Below, one piece after another: positions 25,638 through 35,800 of a stretch of DNA of 64,000 bases. The stretch spans positions 106,344,778 to 106,408,777 of the forward strand of contig NC_068983.1 in NCBI RefSeq assembly GCF_001194135.2. The letters are read 5' to 3'. The DNA comes from Octopus bimaculoides. Its lineage: Eukaryota. Both the position numbers and the translations under genes were made by a program. The notes under the pieces were generated by a model, which worked only from the letters and a program-made list of their open reading frames with translations, was not told where the DNA came from and made no database searches. Within the stretch, counting starts at the first letter, position 1. Each line of letters starts with the position of its first letter.

Positions 25638-26029
25638 TGCTAGGTGATGGATTCAGTGTACCACCTAAAGCAAATTTGAACTCAGAATGCAAAGAGCCGA
25701 AATAGATATTGCAAAATATCCAGTCCAACATTCTTACAATTCTGCCAACCATCCACATTGGATTTTTTTTTTTATCAATTCTGATAGAATGCTTAACCCT
25801 CTAACTGTGAAATTAAATTTCTTAGTTATTCTAGTAATGTTAAATATCTACTAAAAAATAAAACTGGTATTTTCTGCGAATCACATTGTCTCAGTAAACT
25901 TGACAAGAAATAGTTTCCAATATAACATTCCTCAACAAATGATAATTTGCTATATAAAACCACTTTCTGCAGTTAAGTGTAATGAAATTTTGAGTGGATA
26001 TCTCAAAATTCCACAGTATAAGAGTTAAT

Positions 26030-26633
26030 ATACAAGAATAAGGGCAGGGAATCGTCAATTAATAATAGAATTACTAATTAACAATTTTGCCAAGTAGTTC
26101 AGTATGAAAAAACCTTTATCGGTAAAACCATTTATCATCATAAATATACAGGGATTAGCATTGAGTTGCTTCTCCAACATACTGAAAATTTAGAAATAGC
26201 AGTCAAAGAACTACTGATTCTAAACTACAAATTTTTCTCTAAATGGATGGCGATATTTATGGCACACATAGAACAAAAAACCGGAGGGGAAAGCATAAAC
26301 AAAACAAGTCTTTAGTTAATCGGATACGATCGTTTCATGGTTAAGAGAATGAAAAATCCCTATTCCAATCCTCAGTCCGATATTCTGATAAATTTGAAAG
26401 TGAGGATTGGAATAGGGACTTTTCATTCTCTTAACCATGAAACAATCGTATCCGATTAACTAAAGACTTGTTTTGTTTATGCTTTCCCCTCCGGTTTTTG
26501 TTCTATGTGTGCCATAAATATCGCCATCCATTTAGAGAAAAATTTGTAGTTCTTTGACTGCTATTTCTAAATTTTCAGTATGTTGGAGAAGCAACTCAAT
26601 GCTAATCCCTGTATATTTATGATGATAAAAGGG
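26030..26633. mobile_element. Inverted-repeat insertion (arms about 26131-26374 and 26401-26629), probable Penelope-like retroelement terminus; assembled twice (second copy 26651-27258) across an N gap
   Basis: Near-perfect arms of about 230-244 nt, a 13-14-bp direct repeat (G)TATAAGAGTTAAT at 26016-26029 and 27258-27271, and the hammerhead motif inside. Confidence 0.65.
26319..26381 (-). ncRNA. Minimal type-I hammerhead ribozyme motif (Penelope-like-element type); identical second copy at 26944-27006
   Basis: Minus strand reads ATCGGA-CTGAGGA-tTGG...CCAt-GAAA-CGATCG-TA^TCCGAT. This gives a 6-bp stem I, an intact CUGANGA/GAAA core, a palindromic stem III and a GUA cleavage triplet. Confidence 0.7.
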
Positions 26634-28715
26634 NNNNNNNNNNNNNNNNNTAATATACAAGAATAAGGGCAGGGAATCGTCAATTAATAATAGAATTACT
26701 AATTAACAATTTTGCCAAGTAGTTCAGTATGAAAAAACCTTTATCGGTAAAACCATTTATCATCATAAATATACAGGGATTAGCATTGAGTTGCTTCTCC
26801 AACATACTGAAAATTTAGAAATAGCAGTCAAAGAACTACTGATTCTAAACTACAAATTTTTCTCTAAATGGATGGCGATATTTATGGCACACATAGAACA
26901 AAAAACCGGAGGGGAAAGCATAAACAAAACAAGTCTTTAGTTAATCGGATACGATCGTTTCATGGTTAAGAGAATGAAAAATCCCTATTCCAATCCTCAG
27001 TCCGATATTCTGATAAATTTGAAAGTGAGGATTGGAATAGGGACTTTTCATTCTCTTAACCATGAAACAATCGTATCCGATTAACTAAAGACTTGTTTTG
27101 TTTATGCTTTCCCCTCCGGTTTTTGTTCTATGTGTGCCATAAATATCGCCATCCATTTAGAGAAAAATTTGTAGTTCTTTGACTGCTATTTCTAAATTTT
27201 CAGTATGTTGGAGAAGCAACTCAATGCTAATCCCTGTATATTTATGATGATAAAAGGGTATAAGAGTTAATGTAGAAAGAGAATTTATTCTCAAACTCCT
27301 GGCTGTTTTTAGAATAGAGACTATATGCTTTTGAAATTTCAACTTTCAGAACAACAGAACTCACAAGTGATGATCAAAATATTCTTTTATGAGTTATCTC
27401 AACACAACAGATTTCCACAAACAGAAGTGATTGGGGCAATTGAAATATATAGAGCTGTAGCAAAGTTTGAACTCATAAACCAGAACTTCAGCACCATAAT
27501 ATCACAAGCAATATAAATTTGATTGTGCTTTTCAAATTTCATATCAATCATATTGAGAAACAAATAAACAAATAGAAATAATATTTAACAACAAAAAAAT
27601 ACACCCTCCCCAAAAATAAACAAGCGAAACAAAATGGCAAACTAATAAATATATTTTCTGAACAAAGCACATGATTAGTAACTATGTTAATCAAATATTC
27701 AATATTATTTATTGCTTTATCTAGAATGCTGTAACTACTGGTTTATCATGAGGAAATATTCCTAATGAAGTTACTGATATATGATTAAACGTACTGAGGA
27801 ATACTTAAAAAGAATGGTAAAGTAGAACTAGCAATAGTACCCTTTAGATGGGAAGAGAAAGCAGTTTTTTTTTTTGTACAAAAATGTAATGATATCAAAT
27901 TAAATGATTATGATGAAGAGAAAGAGTGGCCACTTCAGAACATCAAATGAAAGCAAAGTTAGTACATTTTTGATGGTTGAGAAGAACTGTTCTAATAAAT
28001 ATCCTCAAGAGAAAATTAATTGTAATCAACCAATAAATTAGCCCCAGTGCTTGACTGGTACTTTATTTTATTGACACTGGAAGGAGAAAAGGCAAAGCTG
28101 AGTTTCATGGTATTTGAACTCAATGTAAAGTGTTGGAATAAATGCAAGGTATTTTGTCCAACATGTAGATGGTTATGTTAACCAACTGTCCTTGATAACT
28201 TGATATGTATTTTAGGCACAAGGCCTAAAATTTGGCGGAAGGGGTTAACTGATAAAAATCAAGCTCAGTACACAACTTGAGTCAATTTATTTTATTAACC
28301 CTAATGGGGAAAAAAAGCCAAGTTGGCCTTGATGGGAATTGAAGTCTGAATGTAAAGTACCAGAACAAATACTGCAAGATATTTTGTTTGATGCTCTAAC
28401 AATTCTGCCAAATTCACCATTCTAATAATTACTACATATGTACACAATTTTATAGAATGGAATAACTGATTGAATCAGTAGCAGTGTTACCATTGTTTTA
28501 ACATTCACTTTTCCATGCTCACATGAGTTGGATGGAATTTGTAGAGGTAGTAGTTCTACAGCCAGATGGTATTTAATCAATGGTAGAGGAATATGAACCC
28601 AGAAATAAAGTCTGATACTTCACCATTTCTGTCCATTCACTTTCCTTCTTTTTACTAAAATGGGCAAGAGTCCCAAAGCTACAAATGTGATTTTATATAC
28701 TAATACAATAACAAG

Positions 28716-29022
28716 CGTGGAGGCGCAATGGCCCAGTGGTTAAGGCAGCGGACTCGCGATCATAGGATCGCGGTTTTGATTCCCAGACCGGGCGTTGTGA
28801 GTGTTTATTGATCGAAAACACCTAAAGCTCCACGAGGCTCCGGCAGGGGATGGTGGCGAACCCTGCTGTACTCTTTCACAACTTTCTCTCACTCTTACTT
28901 CCTGTTTCTGTTGTGCCTGTAATTCAAAGGGTCAGCCTTGTCACACTGTGTCACGCTGAATATCCCCGAGAACTACGTTAAGGGTACACGTGTCTGTGGA
29001 GTGCTCAGCCACTTGCACGTTA
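28716..29022 (+). mobile_element. tRNA-derived SINE family C (CpG-rich, probably younger); second copy at 50699-50890 (-)
   Basis: A box TGGCCCAGTGG and a B-box-like GGTTTTGATTCC in the head; body shared with the 50.8-kb copy. Confidence 0.8.
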
Positions 29023-29667
29023 ATTGGTAGAGATTTATTTTTTCTATTTGTTAATCTGTAGAGGTGAGGTATTGTTCATAGTCATTTCTAGCCTTCCAAT
29101 CCCAAGAAGACACCGATTTTAACTTGGGATGTCTGTGAAAAAGAAATTTTCAACAAAACCCCCATTTTTTCAATTAAAGATAACTCCTCTATAAACAACT
29201 ATCACTACCCTTGAAACTGTTCAAATAAAACCTCTTGATTATCTACTTAATTGAGATAATTCCATTAAGTTATACTTGTCTATCTGTCTGATACATACAC
29301 TGATTTCTGTTGTACCCAATTACCCTTTGAAAAATAATCCCTACTACAGTAATCTGCCAAAATTATTAAACCCCAAACAAACAATACTTATTTATCTTCA
29401 GTTCTCAATCTCAAAGTTTGTTTATTTACTGATGACTGTTACGGCTAGATCAGCTTTTTTGTTATATTGTAATATTCTTGGACAAAAAAGCACTTTAAAA
29501 TATCATACATCAGTATGTTTAAACACTAAATAGATTGAAATTAAATTTGTTTCCTCCATTTTTGCAAATAAATACATTACTTTACAAGCTTCATAAATAC
29601 TTTTTAAATTAAAAGAGAAATCATAAAGAGAAAACAAAAATAAAACAAACAAAAATCATTTACTTAC

Positions 29668-29969
29668 TCGTCTTGGTATCGGTACTCGTAAGCCAAAAGT
29701 AAGAAGATTGCGAGAATAAATAGGATCAGAAAACTTGTCCAATGCAAAACTGACTTCACATATTTATGGTTGAAACAGTGAAGTTGTTCTGAGATTTTCC
29801 GTGATCGAAGTGCATTTTCTGCAAACTGTACTTCATTTAGCAGTTCCTCATAGAATGTTAACAGAGCATGTTTTGTGGTGATCCCAACTTGTCCCTCTTG
29901 AGGCTTTTCACCACATTTAGAATGGTTGGAGCCCTCCTCTTTTGGAGAAACAGGGTCATGACTTGGCAT
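29668..29969 (-). CDS. TMEM94: TMEM94 coding exon 1 (ATG at 29969; MPSHDPVSPK...GITTKHALLTFYEELL...VLHWTSFLILFILAIFLLLAYEYRYQD), ends in phase 2
   Basis: The translation resembles the TMEM94 N-terminus (human GLSTRKALSVLKEQL...FHWPGASLMLLAVLLLL, recalled from memory). Acceptor ttttacttgtag precedes 29976; donor GA|gtaagt follows 29668. Phase matches the next exon. Confidence 0.88.
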
Positions 29970-30954
29970 GGCACATCTACAAGTAAAATAAAATGATATA
30001 CAGAATAACAAGTACATTATAATTTTTTTCTTTTTTTTTTGGAACAGGAGATCTCAAAGCACATAGAGCTTTGAATAGAAAAAAAAAGTTTCCCATAGGT
30101 AACCTTCAATTTTTCCCATCCAAAGGGTTTTTTTATTTAATGTTTTTCTGAAACTTATAAATTCTTATGATGTCAACAACATTAGAGATTAGAAATACTC
30201 AAACAAACAGAAACATTTTATTCATTTTTAAGTTGCTTTTAAAATCATTTTCATAAAATATCTCGTCTCTTTCAAATATATTCACAAAACCTGACATCTG
30301 AAATACTGGACATAAACCAACGATTTAAAGTGGAAGAACAAATGGAAAATAAGTGTGTTAATGTATATTTAAACAAAGGATAGTATTTAAAAATAACAGC
30401 CTTATTTTAAAAATAGGGAAAACAGAAGAACAAAGTAAAGCAACTGGAGGGAAATTGGATAGGACATGTGCTCACCAAGAGGTGGAGCTGCTTAGGGAAA
30501 GAATGAAATGAAAGTAGTCTGTAGGCAAGGAGCATGGAGGTTAACTTGAAACGACCAAAAAGTAGAGGTGAGCAAGGCTAGAGACAGGGAAATATAATAC
30601 ACATAAACAGTTACTCTCAATCGATTGAAATATAAATGTACTAATACAAGATGTCTAGTTATAGAAGACAGGAGTGGGTAAATAGATAGGAATGATGTGT
30701 GAGGTATGTTAAATATCCTTCAGGCAATCAGCCAATTCGACCAAACATGCCAAAAAATAAATACACATAAAATAGTATTTATATTGGTTTGATTTACTCA
30801 AATAAAGAAGTCGAATAATCCAATGTTCATTTATAACAATATAATATACATACATATTTCATTTATACTAAATATGAAGGCAACAAGAATATTTATAAAG
30901 AGGTTATATGAAAGGCTATAATAAATAAAAATGTCTAGAAAAACATATTTAGTG

Positions 30955-31020
<66 letters not shown>

Positions 31021-31683
31021 AAACATGAAAAAAAAAAAACACCAGTATAGAAATAATTTTTTAAATGATTTATTGAAGATATGGTAGAGATGAAGATAAG
31101 TCTGTATTGCACCTGCTAGAAACTGACATAACTCAATAGACAGTTTATTGGAATTATTGAAGATACTAGCATTTAAATGGAACAGGTGTATTTGTGATTA
31201 GTATACAAACAGATTATACATACATAGGTATGCATNNNNNNNNNNNNNNNNNNNNNNNNNNNNNNNNNNNNNNNNNNNNNNNNNNNNNNNNNNNNNNNNN
31301 NNNNNNNNNNNNNNNNNNNNNNNNNNNNNNNNNNNNNNNNNNNNNNNNNNNNNNNNNNNNNNNNNNNNNNNNNNNNNNNNNNNNNNNNNNNNNNNNNNNN
31401 NNNNNNNNNNNNNNNNNNNNNNNNNNNNNNNNNNNNNNNNNNNNNNNNNNNNNNNNNNNNNNNNNNNNNNNNNNNNNNNNNNNNNNNNNNNNNNNNNNNN
31501 NNNNNNNNNNNNNNNNNNNNNNNNNNNNNNNNNNNNNNNNNNNNNNNNNNNNNNNNNNNNNNNNNNNNNNNNNNNNNNNNNNNNNNNNNNNNNNNNNNNN
31601 NNNNNNNNNNNNNNNNNNNNNNNNNNNNNNNNNNNNNNNNNNNNNNNNNNNNNNNNNNNNNNNNNNNNNNNNNNNNNNNNNNN

Positions 31684-31731
<48 letters not shown>

Positions 31732-32454
31732 AAGGGAGAGAGAGAAAGAGAGAGAAAGGGAGAGAGAGAAAGAGAGAGAAAGAGAGAAAAGGGAAGGAAG
31801 AAGCAATAATAAATAGTTTAAAGTATTGTTGTTTAGTTTCAAATGTAATAGAACAATCTAAATGCCAAACAGCACAGTTGCAGTATCATCATCATTTAAC
31901 GTCTGTTGTCCATGCTGGGTTGGGTTGGATGACTTGACCAAGGCTAGCAAGCTGGAAGGCTGTACCAGACTCCAGTCTGTTTGGGCTGAATACCCTTCCT
32001 AATGCCAACCACTCAGAGTGTAATGGGTGCTTTTATGTGCCACTGGCATGGGTGCCATTTGTGCGACACCAGTATCTGCCATGACTACATTTTTACTTGG
32101 CTTGATGGGTCTTCTCAAGCATAACATAATGCCAAAAGTCTTGGTCATTGCCTCTGTGAGACCCAACATTCGAAAGGAGCTCCACCAATTTGCCTCCATG
32201 AGGTTCAATGCTTGAAAAGTGCTTTCTATGTGCCACCTGCACAGATTCTGGTTACATGACACTAGCATCAGCCATGACTGTGATTTCACTTGGCTTCATG
32301 GGTTTTCTCAAGTACAGCATATCGCCAAAGGTCTTGGATACTAGTTATTACGTCTGTGTGGCTCAAAGTTCGGAGATCATGCTTCACCACTTCATCCTAT
32401 GTCTTCTGGGGTCTACCTCTACCATAGGTTCCCTCCACAGTTAGGGATCTTTAC

Positions 32455-32692
32455 CAGGGCTGTGGGGTTGAAGTCACGGAGTCAGAGTTGGTAAAACTAT
32501 ACCAACTTTGACTCACAATATCTTTACTCTTTAATATAAACCAGTTATAACATATATGCTTACTCAAAGTACAAGCATAAGCATATGCTTTATGAGATAT
32601 GTAGACCACAATCAATTACATAAAGAGGAGTTGTAGATACCAATAGTAGAGGAGTTGGAGTTTAAATCTTTTGTTTTGATTCCACAGCCCTG
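32455..32692. mobile_element. hAT-type MITE inserted in an RTE fragment
   Basis: 11-bp TIR CAGGGCTGTGG/CCACAGCCCTG and an 8-bp TSD ATCTTTAC/TTCTTTAC. RTE sequence resumes on both sides. Confidence 0.8.
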
Positions 32693-32893
32693 TTCTTTAC
32701 ACAGTTGTCCTCATCCATATGCACCACATGGCCATACCAACACATTTATCTCTCTTGCACACCACATCTGATGCCTTTTATGCCTAACTTTTCTCTCAAG
32801 AATGTTGAACATACACACTGACATTGCACATCTCGTGTGCATGTTTTTGACATGCACATTGGATGTGCAATGTCAGTATGCATGCTTGACAGA

Positions 32894-32939
<46 letters not shown>

Positions 32940-35399
32940 CATAACTAGCCAAGAGAGTTTCAACATAACAGCAGTGAAAAAATGAAATATCAAATATAAA
33001 AAAAAAAAGAAATCAAACTATGTTACAAATTTCACTTTAACTAGTTAGGTAACGAAAGTGGTGTCGCTGGAATATAGTGGGTATGTGAGCAAACATGCTC
33101 ACATATCCACAAACATTCATTAATAAAAAAATAAATATAAATTACCATTTTGTAATGAATCAAATTACTCAAGCAAACACCCAATAGAGCTTCGTATATC
33201 ATTTATTTAAGACAGGTTTATTGGAAATATCATGGGTATTAAGATATGTCAAAATAAGCCATATCAATAAATTTTAGGTGCAAAGAAAATAAATGAGGAA
33301 ATATTTGCAAATATTTTGAATTCCTATGGAAAGTATCTTATACTCATTTTACCCATTCATTTATTCACCACAGCAAGTTTGTAACTGCTTTTCAGTGCCT
33401 GATATGGGTTGGATGTGACTGCAATATGCTTTTGTTCCATGACTATCAATTTAGTACAGTGTATTTTATAAGGCTTTTAGCTTAGGATTTTATGACCAGT
33501 TAACTTCAATATTGGTTTCAAATCGTGATACAAGGCCACAAGTTCAGGAAAGGAGGAAAGTTGGTTACATTGACCCCAGTGCTCAACTAGACTTATTTTA
33601 TTGACCCCAAAAGGATGAAAGCCAAAGCAGACCTTGAACTTAGAATGTAAAGATGGACAAAATGTTGCTAAGTGTTTTGCCCTGTGTGTCAATATTGATT
33701 TCTACCAAAAGCACAAGACTTCAAACATAGGCCTGGCTGTGTGGTTCTAAGTTTGCTTCTCAACCACATGGTTTTGGGTTCAGTCCTACTGCATCATGGC
33801 ATCTAGGGCAAGCGTCATTTACGATAGCCTCAAACTGACCAAAGCCTTGTAAAAAGAGTTGGTTGACAGAAACTGAAAGAAGCCCATCATACACACAGGT
33901 TTGCATCTCCTTATCTTGGAACCACGTAATAGTTATAAATGGGCATCACTATATAAACAGTGATGCTGGTTTCCAATCTTCTGTGAAAACATGTCAGGCC
34001 TTTGGGAAGTATCTTGCTTGGAAACAGAGATGAGAGTTGGTGACAGGAAGGGCATGCAGTCATAGAAAATATACCTCAACAAATACTGTTTGATCCAGGC
34101 AAGTATGGAGATGCAAACATTAAAACGATGATGATGATGATTAGATGATGATTATTATATACATGCAAACCAATATCAAAGAAAATATCATGCCAGAAAC
34201 ATACAAAAATAAACTCGAGTGCTAGACTCAAACTATTACCCACTTTAAATGCCACCACTTGGTCATTGAGTTGCTTTAGCAGGGCGCACTCTATTGTTTT
34301 TTGACCAAGTCATTCATACAATGTTTCTAGAATACTATTGTGGGAACTTTTTTTTTCTCTCCACTATGCAGAAGTTCACGGACACCGTTCTTTTCCCTGT
34401 GACTAAGCCATATGAAAAATTTAATAATAAAAATAGAAATATCCTCAAATGTACAGTATTTAGCCCCAAGTCAAAACTGAACAAGCAAACTTATGATCAA
34501 AAGCATTCAAACTGTGAGCATCCCATCCCTTTTTTCAGACAAAATGTATTTAGAATTAAACTATCTGCTCTAGCATGTCCAGCAACTGAATAGCAACACC
34601 CTCATTAGTTTGTTCAAATTATACAAATTACAACCATAATTTACTGTCATAAAATATTTCTTCTTTTGATTAAATTTTACTCAACATTTACACAATACAT
34701 CAACTATAAGCCTAATGAAAGGCATTAAGAAGAATCGATCTTCAACCCTATCACATTTGAATGTTAAACTAATAGGTGTTGAAGGAAATAAACAATAGAT
34801 GATAATGTCCATCTGCTATAAGAAGTGAATTCTCTGGTGGGAATACTCATGAAACTGTGCAATAAAAGTTAATGTTTAATCAATTTTGTAATAACTTGCA
34901 CCATAGTAGTGACCTAGTTTGTTTCTGCATAAGTTTGAGAGGTCTTAATAACAGGTTTTTTTGGGGGTTTTTTTTTCTTCTTTTGCTTCTAGCCTCAAAT
35001 AAATTAGTAAAGCAGTTTAATAAATAACTGAGATACAAACTTATAACTTCTATTCTTCTTAGTCACTTGCTCAATTAGAAACAGCAGCCAATTCTTCCTC
35101 AAATCACACCTAACGGAGAAAATGTCCTTAATGTGCAAAAAGATGGGTTAGTCATAGCTGGAATTCTTTTAGCCTAATGTCAGTTCTGATCAAGCTGACC
35201 TGTGAGTAAACATTAACAACTGAGAAAAGCTTAACTATGCAGAAAAAGTATCCTCAAATATACATACATTTTGAGTGTGAGTGTGCAAACGTGTGTGTGT
35301 ATGAGAGCATGCGCACATGCACATATATAAGGAGCAGAAACATAGCCCCTCCCAAAGACCATTGGCAGCTTCAATAGCAGAAATCATCATTGTAATCTT

Positions 35400-35800
35400 G
35401 AAGTTCCTTCTTCATAGACCAAGTTTAGATCCATTGAGAAGAGTGTTCCCTATGCATGCCCTGGAGAAGGCCAACCTTGTTGAGTTTGAAAATTTGGGTT
35501 GCCACAAGTTATGAAGCTTATTACAGGCACTCCATGCCTGTTCCTTATACATCAGGAAGTCTTTCTTACTGTCAATAACTGAGGACCAATAGGATCATAG
35601 ATTTAGTAGGCAGGAAATGACATGCTACTGTTTTGTTTGAATCCAAACTATATACCTTCATCTTGATGAGGCTTGTGTAGGATTCATTGTTAACCAGATA
35701 AGATACACTTTGATTTGAAATCTTAGTTGCCTTTGTACAAATGGGGGTAAAGAAGATTGATAAACTGCCATTCAGCAAAGGTATTTGACAAAATGATGAG
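35400..35800 (-). mobile_element. RTE/RTEX-like LINE RT fragment
   Basis: Minus frame DSKKDFLMYKEQAWSACNKLHNLWQ...RACIGNTLLNGS resembles the KAWAACNKLxKIW...ESVLLYGSETW motif. Confidence 0.65.

Noticed and set aside
28716-28795. tRNA-like sequences here and at 2855-2925, 17330-17392 and 50820-50890 as tRNA genes
   Set aside because: They lack a complete acceptor stem and continue into SINE or palindrome bodies, so they are SINE heads.
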